63,878 bases of DNA, filler included, from Choristocarpus tenellus KU-1152 (GCA_964200185.2; 13 parts of 13 records of this genome joined end to end with filler, not necessarily neighbours in it), one strand, 5' to 3'. Counted from the whole stretch's first letter, positions 50,433 through 62,339 are shown. Program-made: numbers and translations. Notes: a model not told the origin generated them from the sequence alone.

Positions 50433-50532
50433 NNNNNNNNNNNNNNNNNNNNNNNNNNNNNNNNNNNNNNNNNNNNTTAATTAATTAANNNNNNNNNNNN
50501 NNNNNNNNNNNNNNNNNNNNNNNNNNNNNNNN
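50433..50532. other. Artificial contig linker
   Basis: N44-TTAATTAATTAA-N44. Confidence 0.98.
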
Positions 50533-50820
50533 ATGAAAAAATTGGCCCCAAATGGACAGCCACCACCCCCTCCCAGACACTTTGAGCCAAATGTCATTAA
50601 AATAACCCGAGGGAAGCCAAGCTACAAATGGACAAACAGGTCAAAACTTGTACCCTCTAAGATACTTTCACTCAAAATGTGTATGTTATGAAAATGTGTG
50701 TTCGGAACAAGGATATTAGCACTTCCTAACAAACACGATAGCCAAAACTACATGAAAATCTCAACATTGGATTTTGGCCCCCAAACGGACGCGGTTCTAC
50801 CCTTTAAGGTACTTTGACTC
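50533..50820. mobile_element. Stack of three MITE ends (A, B, B)
   Basis: A end 50533-50588, B half 50589-50673, opposite-orientation B half 50674-50820. Confidence 0.88.
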
Positions 50821-51641
50821 TCAACTTCTATTCTCACCTTTTCATTTACTGGAGCATCTTGCACACCTCGAAATACTTGAGAACTGACAACCTCTGCACC
50901 AGACATTGAGTTAGACCTTACAATCCCATATGTGTCTACTTGCTCGACAGAAGCCACATGTTGGGTTGTGTATACAAGACTGAGAAGAGTGAGTAAAATG
51001 TGTACCTCCTCTGTTTAGCATGAGATTAAGCAGTTTGAAGAGTAGGCCATAAATGTGCCAGCATGATATTAGAATTTCACTATTTTTTGTGGGGCACCGA
51101 CAGAAAACCACTACAGGGATACCCTCAAATCTAAGCAAAATCCCACTTAGCGCATACAAGAAAAAAAAATCTTGGCAAAAATCCGGCTCAGTTTACAAGA
51201 ACTGATCTCTATGTGAGGGGCTTTCATAAAAGTGAGCTAGTGTTCGAGAAGGAAACCACCTAACAAAATATTTAAACTGGTGCTTAATAGAGGAAGTAGT
51301 ATTACTCGGCGGGATACAAGATGTCACGGATAGAGTATATTAATTGTTTTGTGAGACGCTGGAACTTCAGTTTCTTCAACTGTCAAGTTGCCAAAGTGGG
51401 TTAGCACTTTATACTGTTTTTGATGAAGGTGCTCTTGTTCTAGTCAAGAGAGAGAATTTGTTAGTGAAAACGTTTCACACAGGTGTCAGACTAGCTTTAA
51501 ACAAATTTACAATCTGTTGATAATGCAGTGCGAAGGACGAACGAACACACACAATCACCAAAACCATATTTAGCATGTCCCACCGCAACTAAAGGCGTGT
51601 TCTGCTCAATGTTGTCTGCTACAAATAGGAAGAGAGCTTAC

Positions 51642-52560
51642 CTAGTACAGCATGACCTCTTTCTTCTATCCACCAAGAATGCTGGTAGACATATTTTCTC
51701 ACATTGATAGATATATCTACACCTGAAAAGAACAATATGGTCTAGTGTTCACTCAACTTATTCAATGATAGAGCACTTATCACAAGCATGAATATCTCGG
51801 GATTGCCACCCAGAGCAGCGAAGATTGTTACAGATATGCTGGTCCCATTCTTAGCTCCCAATTGATCCAACACCTGCGTGTGGGTACAGCGATTGGGTTC
51901 GAAAATCAGTCAACAGCTACGTAGCCATATAAGATATACCACCATTATTAGGAAGAAACTGTTTTTGTTGCGATAAGAGGATGAATCAGTGGAAAAGGCG
52001 ATCGGCTGCAAGCAACAAGATAACTCAGCATCAGTTGGATTCATCAAGGTTCAGGCATCACATAAAACATATTGTCACACTTTTCCATACATCATTCTAC
52101 AAAACAATTCCACTTTCCAACCAAATCCTGGTTTCAGGAACACAAATCGTGGAAACAACAGAGTAGCAAAATACCCATGCCCATCTTCTTGGGTTTTACA
52201 GAAACAGGCGAACAGCCAAGAATACATCAATGTCCCAACGTGAAAATGTCCTCATGTCAATGTCACAAGGTCTGGCGGAAGGAAAATTCCTGTATCCCAC
52301 AACATACCTTGTCTTGGGAAAGAGATATTTGCAGCCATTTGAGAACGGTGATGAACACGGACTGATTACCATGAACGGCAGCAAGCATGACGGTTGACAA
52401 ACCGCAATAATGCTTCCCGTTATTTTCTACATGGTAGAGCTTCCTCTCTTCCTCTTGTCTCAACCCCTCCTGGTCCATCCCATCCAAGAACGACTGTACC
52501 AATGTCTGCATCACCAGCCTTTATCGCCTTCTCCAAGTTTCGCGGTTCTTTCCGTCCCAC
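51642..52560 (-). pseudogene. Ankyrin-repeat-like pseudogene
   Basis: Exon ending 52308 (GLSTVMLAAVHGNQSVFITVL; AAG|GTATGT) and exon from 51873 (ISVTIFAALGGNPEIFMLVI); stops and a frameshift. Confidence 0.55.
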
Positions 52561-53196
52561 CTCCTAATGCGATAGTCCTTGACCGCCACGTTCGCTAGGG
52601 TGCAAAAGCGGTGTTCGACGTCAAATCGAATGAGGACGAGAGCATCAGGCATGTATGTAGCAGTGGGCTTCATTTTATAGATAAACTACCCTGCGCAGCG
52701 CTGATGAGTTGTGATGGAGCCCATTCACCCCAATGCAAAATAGCAAAATGTTTGGGTCTGTCCTCATACATCATGGTCTTCTCCCTTTCTCCGTGTTAAT
52801 GTCACCGTAACCACTAGCTATGCTATCATCTATAACCAGGAAAGGAACATAACCTCAGTATTCCCCGGGAAGATTAGTAACACTGAAAGACTGCGAACGA
52901 TCTCCACTTTTGGTGCTACACTGGTCGGCTAGTTGAATATCTCCACCACGCTTTCTTTGGGGAAAAGGGGTAGTAGTCCAATACTCGAATCAGTGTGCTC
53001 TTTCTGCAGAACAGATGCAGTAATCTATAAAGCATTTTAATTCATCGCAAACCACGCAAGTGAGAAAATCAAACAGGGGAAACAGCAGTAGTAACCTTAT
53101 ATTGATTCATTGTAAACTGGTCAAAACGATAAAAATGAGATACCCCGTTCGACGCTTCTTCAACCCAGACCTTTCAGTATATTTTGCCTCGGAATA

Positions 53197-53217
53197 GGGT
53201 CAAAGTATCTTGGGGGG
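53197..53217. mobile_element. MITE family A-type terminus at contig end
   Basis: GGGTCAAAGTATCTTGGGGGG. Confidence 0.75.
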
Positions 53218-53317
53218 NNNNNNNNNNNNNNNNNNNNNNNNNNNNNNNNNNNNNNNNNNNNTTAATTAATTAANNNNNNNNNNNNNNNNNNNNNNNNNNN
53301 NNNNNNNNNNNNNNNNN
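53218..53317. other. Artificial contig linker
   Basis: N44-TTAATTAATTAA-N44. Confidence 0.98.
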
Positions 53318-53500
53318 CCGTTTTCGCAAAACAACCATCCTCATAGTCCTGCACCATCCTCAATTTTGAGAAAGACCTGTTGTATGGACTGACGATGCTG
53401 TATCGTATCAAAGCAAATAAAATGAGTAGCCTGTGTTTTAACATACAGTTCAGCTTCTTCGACAGAAATCTCTCGCAAGTGACAACTCTTTCGTAAAAAA

Positions 53501-54341
53501 CAGGGCCTTTCATCGGGTCCGCGAATTATAAACGTCCTGTCCACCGACCGGACCGGTCCCACAAATATATCTAACATGTCCTTGTCCATGTCCACCAGGT
53601 ATTGAACCAGTCCATGTCCGCCGGTCGGACCAGGTCAAACATTCTCTGACATGACCGGACCATGTCGACAGTGTATTGTACCGGTCCATGTCCACCGGCA
53701 GCCATTCTAACTTCTTTCCTTTCGTGTCTGGACCATAGCCGCCTACCAATTCAATTATCTTTTGGCATGTCCGAACCATATCCGCTTCGTGTTTATAGAA
53801 GTGTGAATGCGAGACATTATGTACACACTGATCACAAACCACCTCGGACAGGCAAACTGTTCCGTATTAAATGTACAATTTTAATATTCTATATGAACAG
53901 TATAAAAGAATACAGAAATCTCACTATATGTGGCATAGTTAATACTTCCAGTAGAAATTCGAGAATTTGGATGCAATATTTAAGAAGAGTGGTAAAATCT
54001 AAAATAGGAGGCACGGCCATGACGTGGCCGGCCCCGAGCATTAAAATGTACTACCTGACTGGCCATAGATATAATGTTCTAACATGGTCGAGTCCATAGC
54101 TATCGCTTACTCAACATGACGGGGACCACTTGCCGGCCATGTGCAACCAAATGTTCGAACACGGCCGAGTCCATGGCCATCCCTTACTCCACATGACCGA
54201 GATGGCTACTGGCTATAACTAAGTTCAAACACGACCGAGTCCATGGCCATTGACCGTTTCAACATGGTCAGGTCACGGATCGGACCGGTGCCATATGGCT
54301 GACAGTGGACATGCTAACTCCCCGGCCAGATAAAAACCCTG
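53501..54341. mobile_element. Non-autonomous hAT-like element (841 bp)
   Basis: CAGGG...CCCTG termini; 8-bp flanks GTAAAAAA/TTAAAAAG; dense CCATG/GACCGG subterminal repeats; removal restores an ORF. Confidence 0.7.
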
Positions 54342-54460
54342 TTAAAAAGTTGTTAGAAGCCATGATCTTGGACTTTTCGCTCGCCTGAAACACCTCTGAC
54401 TGCAAAATTCCAGAATTGGGCAAAAAAATACTAACAGAAACAAGCTCGTGCAACTACTTA

Positions 54461-54490
54461 CTCCCTCGGTCCCATAAGCCTGCGACGTTA
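54461..54490 (+). mobile_element. Orphan Stowaway/mariner-like TIR
   Basis: TA plus CTCCCTCGGTCCCATAAG, similar to the TIRs at 5997 and 19147; no partner found. Confidence 0.5.
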
Positions 54491-55490
54491 TGAATTTCCA
54501 CTCTTTGTTTTGATCTTTTATTCACGAATACGTAATACTATCCCATTGATGTATGGCTCAATATGAGTCTCTGGGTATAAATTTTGGTTCCTGCCTTTCG
54601 TTCCGAAATGTTTATGAATCTGTTCCGAGGATTAGAACCGAAAAAAGTCCTTTTCCGCCCCATTTTGAGTGGATGCGCTTTTGCCTGGAGGCATGTACAA
54701 CGCCCCACCATCGCCACACAACATGTTGTGAGTGAAATTGCAAAGTATATCACGTGGGGAGTGTTATGCTAGCACATCTATCGCTTAGAACAACACTGGA
54801 AGGGAATATTTTTGACCCTTTACCTTCCTCTTGACCCTCCCATTTCGTATGGGTACGTTAAGGATCAGACATTGGCATTCACTTCACACTGCTACGTTTT
54901 AATTTTTATATAGGGAAGATATGTTTCCCTTGCCTGCACATTTGTATGTTGATAGCGTAGAAGCAGCTGTAAGTTTTTCGTACTAGGACCATGTTACAGC
55001 AGGGGACAGTTTTATATAGCGATATTTCATAAACGCCTGCGTAGACTTGATGTATGTGCTTCATTACTCCTTTCAACCGTGTGCCTGTCCATTTTCATTA
55101 TTTTTGCTCAAATTCTCGTACACCCAAGTCCCTCGTCCTGACAGACTTTCAGTCCCAAATGTATTAGTGTCGAATACTGAGGAATAATCGAAATGAAGTG
55201 GTCGAAAGGTGTTGTGACTGAGCATCAAGGCATCATCTTCCTCCTGCGTTATTGGTTATCAATGAGGCTAATCCCATCTCCACTAGGTGCGTGAACATGG
55301 CGATTGCATCATGCGTTCGCATTCACCATCCCAATTACGGTACAGGCAAAAGAGTTAAGCCAGTACTTCATCGTCTAAGTCACTACTCTCGTTTTAGTTA
55401 CGGAAATAATCAATATTTACTTTGGAAATAACGATTTTTAGAAGGAACTGAACGGAGGTACTAGGATGGTGTAAATCCATACGGAGCACA

Positions 55491-56026
55491 GAGTCAAAAT
55501 ATGGTAGAGGGTGCGAGTTTTGCCCAGTTTGTCCAATTGGCGCTTGGCTTCCCATGTTTATTTTATGACATTTTCCTACTCCAAAATGTTTAGGGGTAGG
55601 TAAAATGTATACATTATGAAAAGGTGCACATCTGAAAAATAGATATTGACACTTCCTAACAAACACGATAGCCAAAATTACATCAAAATCGCAACAGGTA
55701 TCACTGAATGAAGAGAGGCACCTGTGGAACTGGTCTCTAGAAAATATCCCATTCATTCTGCCTCACAGAAGAACATCCACAAGAATTCAGGCTCCTGGCA
55801 AGAAACCTCGGATGCTATGACGGTATAAGGTATACTGCAATTAACGGTATGATAACCATTAACCCTGCTTTTCTCATTGCCCCCGCTTTTGCTGCGCATC
55901 AAAGCTTTGTATCAATAATTCAGGACCAACGAAAAGGTGAGCTCTGTGAGCAAAATGGGAAACAGGTATAACTTGGATTTTGACCCCCAAATGGGGTTGG
56001 CTCTACCCTCTAAGATACCTTGGCTC
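55491..56026. mobile_element. MITE family B with 276-bp insertion
   Basis: GAGTCAAAATATGGTAGAGGGT ... TACCCTCTAAGATACCTTGGCTC; TSD ACA; foreign sequence 55697-55972. Confidence 0.88.
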
Positions 56027-56650
56027 ACAACAGACAACTATATATATTTTTTGGTTCGCTGGAGCAGCATCGTTTTTGTGAAATCCACCCCCTGTGAAAC
56101 TAGCTGAAGCAGCAAGCGTGGTCACGTCTAACGTACGCATTGGGTTCACCATTGAGACATGCTGGGTAGAACTCACCTCATGCAAGACCACCACGACCTC
56201 AAGACGAAGACCTCGCATGGAGCATGTATTGCCCAGCGCCCCTGAAGAGGAGAGAAAACAAGCGCCAGAAGTGGATTGCGTCCTTCACTGTGCATGGTGT
56301 GACCCCCTCCACTCCACACAAGGACATGGAATCAATATCTTTGACAGTTGTGTTGCAAACCAAGCTCTGGCAAGTCCTTACACCTTTTGTGGGTGGTGGT
56401 GTTGGGCTCAATCATGATGCACAAGATGGGGATGACTTGACGATTAGCCCCGTGCCTTTGGACTGAATATTTCATGTGCATTTTGTTCTGGATTGGTATA
56501 TACAGAGACTGGACGACGAGGGTGATCCAGAACCATTCAAGGAGACCACCAAACCAGGAGGAACAAAAAATCCAGGATATCGTAGGGAGTTACCAAGAAT
56601 TCTAAGTGTTGAGGTGAATAGTGAGTACTCTCTCCGATCTGAAGAGAGGC

Positions 56651-56940
56651 GGTAGGACCTCCATGTTACACTGCACTCCCGAAGCTTACGTCCACAGGAT
56701 GTATAGCTCTCATTTACAGGTCTATAGATGCTACTGATGTACGTATAGGACTCCTGACGCACAAGTCGTCAAGTATGCTGAATCTTTCACTTGGATTATC
56801 ATCAAAATCACCGTATAAAAAGGAAACTGTCTCGGTAGGACCTCCATGTTACAGCGCACTCCAGAAGCTTATCTCCACAGGTTGTATAGCTCCAATCTAC
56901 AGGCCTATGGATGATACTGATGCACGTATAGGACTCCTGA
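56651..56940 (+). repeat. ~182-bp direct duplication related to the 11620/14501 repeat
   Basis: GGTAGGACCTCCATGTTACA at 56651 and 56833. Confidence 0.85.
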
Positions 56941-56941
56941 T

Positions 56942-57180
56942 GAGTGAAAGTATCTTAGAGGGTACGAGTTTTGCCCTTTTTGTCCATTCAGGGCTTGACA
57001 TCCCATGTTTTTTTTTGTGACATTTTCCTACTCCAAAATATTTCAGAGTGGGTAAGATGTATTCGTTATGAAAAGGTGTGTTCGGAACAAGGATATTGAC
57101 GCTTCCAAACTAACACAATAGCCAAAATTACATCAAAATTTCAACAATGGATTTTGGCCCCCAAATGGACGCGGCCCTAC
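56942..57180. mobile_element. MITE family B truncated by gap
   Basis: GAGTGAAAGTATCTTAGAGGGTACG start and full interior. Confidence 0.92.
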
Positions 57181-57280
57181 NNNNNNNNNNNNNNNNNNNN
57201 NNNNNNNNNNNNNNNNNNNNNNNNTTAATTAATTAANNNNNNNNNNNNNNNNNNNNNNNNNNNNNNNNNNNNNNNNNNNN
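57181..57280. other. Artificial contig linker
   Basis: N44-TTAATTAATTAA-N44. Confidence 0.98.
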
Positions 57281-57300
57281 CCCCCCAGATACTTTGACCC
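57281..57300. mobile_element. MITE family A-type terminus at contig start
   Basis: CCCCCCAGATACTTTGACCC. Confidence 0.75.
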
Positions 57301-59339
57301 CGAAGCAAGTCATGCTCTGCCCAAGAATAGTCCCTACCACAGGTAGCGACAAAGAATGACTAATTATGTACCTCTCTAGTTCAAGCACCATGCCAACCGT
57401 TCAGTCTTTACACTAGTACTACACAGAAAGGGTTGCACTTTCAACGTATTGGGGTGGGTGGAAAAATGCATATCAGTCTCGCTCTTGGTGTGGGAACCGC
57501 TCATAACAACATGGACAAATGGCAACAAACATCGCAATTTCATAACCCCTCGTGTCCGTTGATCTCCTTGCTCTCTTTGGCATCTGATTGGCGGCTTTTC
57601 CGCCAACTGGCGACAGGTTAGGGAAAATCTAAGCTCCCTCTTGTCAGACAAGCTTGTCGCATACAGTGTATGCATCGAGATCCTTGGCCGCCCTCCAGAA
57701 TCCCCTACGCAAACAGTAGTGCAGTGCATTGTGGAGGCTGTAGAACGGAAAGGGGTGAACTACCTCGCCCTTCTGTTTGATGAGACTAGGGGGTCCTACC
57801 GTACTGTAGTGACTGGTTGTCTGCAGGGGGCACGGTGCGGTCTAATGGTGATCCACTGAAAAAAAGAATAGAGTCGATACTAGACAAAACCCAGGTACTC
57901 CAATGTACTTCAAATCATTACATGTTACAAGCATTTATGAAGTGAACTACAACATATGCTATATTGGGTAGTATTTCGATGGATATGATGCGTTTTGTTG
58001 GTGCTGTAGAGCATGGAGTACATTTCTTGTTGGCAGGCATTCTCCTCTAATTGAGGTAGCAGGCGATGACACGGTTTCTGGGGTATGAGAAACTATCACC
58101 TATCCCAGCCTGGAATGTTCGGTGGAGTAGAGTGGGAGTTTGGGCGGCCAGGTCGGACGGGGGCATCCATTGGAGGAGACGGCGGCAAAAGATTTTGTTT
58201 AGTGAAAAAAATGTATAAATATGTGGTATAGTACTTCGAAGTATATTACAAGAGGAAATCAAAGCAAGAACTCAGAAGGTCCTTCCCCGTGTTGGATGGT
58301 TGGTCTATGTACTCATCGCATTTTTCTGTCTTCTGTTAATTCACCCTTCCAATCTTCTACTGAAAAGGACAGCAAACAATCAGGTGCCTTGACTGGTAGC
58401 ACTATTGATCGACGGTATAAATAGTATTAAAAGTCAAATTTGTACCCAAAAAACAAGTTTAAAAAAAAAATACCATCACTAACTGTAGTTAGTCGGCACG
58501 CGACAGTAGTGATAGTTTCAAAACAGTTCAGTTAGAAGAACCCAGAAGCAACTTGTTCTGAAATTTTCTCTCGTCCAACCTGCGCAAGATGCCACAGGTG
58601 ACTTAAGCAGCAACATTCGACCTTTGCCACCAAATGGGAGTTGCAAATCCTTTGGAAGAATCTGAGGCAGTGTTCCGCCTGGTTCACCAGGCTGTCTATC
58701 TAACCATTCGAATACAATCGCCCCTATTAAGACAGCCCCAAATAGGCCGAGTCAGTCAATAAGACAACCTGTTTGGGCTTGGCACAAACGTCATTTTGAA
58801 TTTCGTCCTATAAGGCATGTTTCGGGTTGTGTTGGACATACCTGCCTTGAACTGTACAGACATGCCTGTCAAGGGTAGTCAAAACCCCGTTTGTGGTTCC
58901 ATAGGAACCTACCAGACAGTAGTAGTAGCAGCACCTTGCGTATTCTTTGATCATGCCATGTACAATAAAACATTACTATATCATCCACAGTATGATGCCC
59001 GGGCCACCATAAATCACTGGGCAAAATATCAGTGTGGAGGCTGCCTTCATCGAGTTTGTGGTAACTGTGGACTGAATGGGGACGATGAGATGAAGATATT
59101 GTATCTTGATTGTCACATTCCCGACTAGTATAATCCTGGTGTGGAGAAGAGTGACGAGGTGCCAATGATGATGAGCCCATCGTTGTGTCACTCATTTTTT
59201 CTCCTACAACTAGAAATGAGCTTTGTCGCCGACAAGTTGCTGCTGTTCGGGACGGGGTCGGCTTGGGGAAGATTCCAAAAATAAAGTTGGTTGGGGACAG
59301 TGCCTTGCCCAGCACAGCAAAAGGAAGCGCATGGACGAT

Positions 59340-59955
59340 ATACCAGGTGGCGCCAGCAAAAAGGGTTTTTTTAGATGAGAGATGTGAAGTGCTGGACTTG
59401 CTAGGTAGGCACGAGATGAACTGCAGAAATATAGCCAAGCGATACATTGTTGGTATTAGGACCATCTCAAGAATTTGATCCTGTAACGAGGAGATTGGGA
59501 AGCTTGTTGCCAAAGTAAAGTGTGACGAGAACGCAGTTTGGAAACCATGATATCCAGAGGTAAGCCTTTATAGTTGCTATTTTATGTATGTTGAGGTACA
59601 ATTGTCTTCACTAGTAGTTTATGCCCTCCAACTGTGACTCTGCCCCGTGTCTAGATCTAAGTTGTTGTGCAACATGCTTAAAACTGAGCGGTCTTGTGAC
59701 CCTAGATCAGGTGGGTATCATGATGATAGGCTTTATAGAGGAGGCCAGGAGAGCTGTCTGCCCATGACTCAAGACTTCATCATGTCATTTGGTCTTAAAG
59801 TCAAAGCAGAACTTCTTCCTAAAATGCCGCCTGATGTACATACCAAGGCCTTGGAGGAATTTGATGTTAAAGAAACGTGGTTGAGAACACATTTTTCAGA
59901 AAATGAGTATGGGCTTCCGACAAGGAGAGAAGGGAGAGAGAGATTGTGGCGATGA
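59340..59955 (+). pseudogene. pogo/Tigger-like transposase N-terminal (CENP-B HTH) remnant
   Basis: KRVFLDERCEVLDLL..CRNIAKRYIVGIRTISRI..KP*YPE, then donor GTAAGC, then LPMTQDFIMSFGLKVKAEL..FDVKETWL. Confidence 0.6.
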
Positions 59956-61104
59956 CTTGGAAAAAGGGCATAGGAAAATATTGAAACGAAGGATGGCGAA
60001 CTCCCAACCAACAACAGCATTACTAGGGCTCAGGAATGACTGCAACTAGAAAGCAGGAGGACGCACTTGTTGCTTGGCACAAATAATCAGAGATGAGCTA
60101 GGGGGAGTAGTTTGTGTTACAAACTCTGCAAGTCAGGCTGGTGAGGAGGAGGGTGAATTGTCCACAGACAGCGTGATGCAGGATGGTATGATGGTGGTGT
60201 AGTTAGGGGTGAGTCTTCTTCCACCTCTCTTTGTTGAGGTGGCACCATTTTCTCCATAACTGGAGCAAAGGTGAAAGAGAGTGGATTAGGTCGGCCTACA
60301 CATTGTCGCACAAGTCAAAAATATAGGTCTATTTTGAGGTTTCACACACATTAACGCCGACAGCGTTTTCAGAAATGTCTACAACAGGTTGAGAATCGGG
60401 AATTCAAAATACAAGTATGATCCTTTAAAGTAGATTACTTCATTATTCTCTGCAGGTATGACGGTGTGTTCATCCAATTTTATTTGTACAGAGAACGGGA
60501 CCAAACCTTACAACACCCACCTGTCAAGGAACTGTCTCATGATATCTGTCTGTGCATCAAAGGTCTCGAAGGAAAAGCATACAATAGATTAAACTCGCCT
60601 TAAAGCGGACTTCTGTCAATCAGCAGTCAGTCGAAAGGGATACCAACTTTGGGTTGAGACAGGATCGCCTTTAAAAAGGGGCTATCTGTAATACTACTCC
60701 TGGTTTTAATTTTAACATCATGTTGTGGATGTGTGAGGGAGGGAAATGACACAAATCTAGTTTATCCACACAAAAACTGATATTACAAGAGTGGTCACTT
60801 TCAAAAGATATTCCTAAGAGAAAGTTCTGGAGGCATCCAATTATACTGATCTATAACATTTGAATATTTTATATTTGGAGGTTCCAGAGGTCATCCCTTT
60901 CAGCTCAACCCCCCTCCCCGCCAGTCTCAGAAGTAAGTACCTGTATAGTGCCACAGAGCGCTCTGTAGTACTACAAATTAAACACAGTCCTGAGGCGATA
61001 CGAAACATAATATAGTGCTACAGTGCACCAGTATAACCTATAGAGCTGAGTCCTGCAAATAGGTCGAGATCAGTATCACACCATAGAAGATTATCAACAT
61101 TTCA

Positions 61105-61165
61105 GGGTCAAAGTATCTGGGGGGGGTGGGTGGTTTGTGAGGGGGCGTCCGTTTCGGTCAAACAA
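61105..61165. mobile_element. MITE family A-type left end truncated by gap
   Basis: GGGTCAAAGTATCTGGGGGGGG..GCGTCCGTTT. Confidence 0.8.
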
Positions 61166-61265
61166 NNNNNNNNNNNNNNNNNNNNNNNNNNNNNNNNNNN
61201 NNNNNNNNNTTAATTAATTAANNNNNNNNNNNNNNNNNNNNNNNNNNNNNNNNNNNNNNNNNNNN
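61166..61265. other. Artificial contig linker
   Basis: N44-TTAATTAATTAA-N44. Confidence 0.98.
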
Positions 61266-62018
61266 ATGTGGTTTGGGTTTTTATTTGTTGATGTAAAGAT
61301 TAGAATATCACTATTATTTGGTAAAAACCCTAAAGTACGTGTTTTGGCTCTTGTTGGGTTTAGAGCATCCAAATGGATCTTGAAAACTGTAGATCCGCTT
61401 TTTTGTCGTCTCTTGTATTTTAAAAAATACTAAGGTCGCCAAAAAGCGGTTTTAGTATTTAAATACATTGTGGGTACCAGTTGGAAATGACCTTTTAGTT
61501 TATGGAAATTGGAAACGTTTGAGACCCAAAAAGTGCGTGCTTGGTATTTTCAAAAATGGTAAGAACGGTTTTATTACTGGATTTACTATTTCTAAAAAAC
61601 CTCATGCTCGTGTTTTGAGTGTCCTTGAGTTTTGAAGAACCAAATGAACCTTCAATACTCAAATAACCCCTTTTTGTCGTCTGTAGAGTTTTTAAGAATG
61701 CATATATCCGACAATTTAAGATTTTGTATTAAAAAAAATTAGAGGGTACCACTTTTTTTTTTACCTTTTGGTTTCTGAACATTGGAAACGTACAAGATCA
61801 ATGAAGTATGTGCTTTGTATTTTAAAAAATTGTAAGTACGGGTATAATCGGATTTAGAACTTCCGAAAAAAAAATTGTAAGATTTCCAGGATCATGGATC
61901 TCAGGACGGGTCCAACGGATCGCCCGGTACTCAAACAAAGTTGGTTTCGGAAGATTAGAAATGTACAATATCAATGAAATATGTGATTTGTTTTTTATAA
62001 AATTGTGAGTACGGATAT
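61266..62018 (+). repeat. Second, diverged copy of the composite array region
   Basis: Colinear with about 42119-42870: 240-unit tail, spacer, about 1.4 units of the 174-bp repeat. Confidence 0.92.
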
Positions 62019-62238
62019 CGTGCAATATAGGCTGGTAGTCTATATGGTTTATAGGTGTTTAGTGACCACCATAAGACAACAGGAATGTTGACTAAGTGGA
62101 ACAAGCGTCATTGACTTGTTGTCGTGTGCTTAGAGTAATAAGTTCGAATCTAAGGTGATTGATTTCTTATTACGTGATACAAATGGACTCATGGAGGGTT
62201 ATTGACATAGTATTAGCTACACTGGATAAGTGACATAG

Positions 62239-62318
62239 AACAGCCGATTTCAAAAATTGAGGATGGAGCTCTTCATTGAGGATGGGCTTGACCCAAAATT
62301 GACTGGGATAAAGTGTCG
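62239..62318. mobile_element. MITE family D, left half
   Basis: Near-identical to 20865-20945. Confidence 0.88.
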
Positions 62319-62339
62319 CTATATCTCATGCTCGGATTG

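Noticed and set aside
58869-59513. 214-aa minus ORF
   Set aside because: Antisense to the pogo-like remnant and has no motifs of its own.
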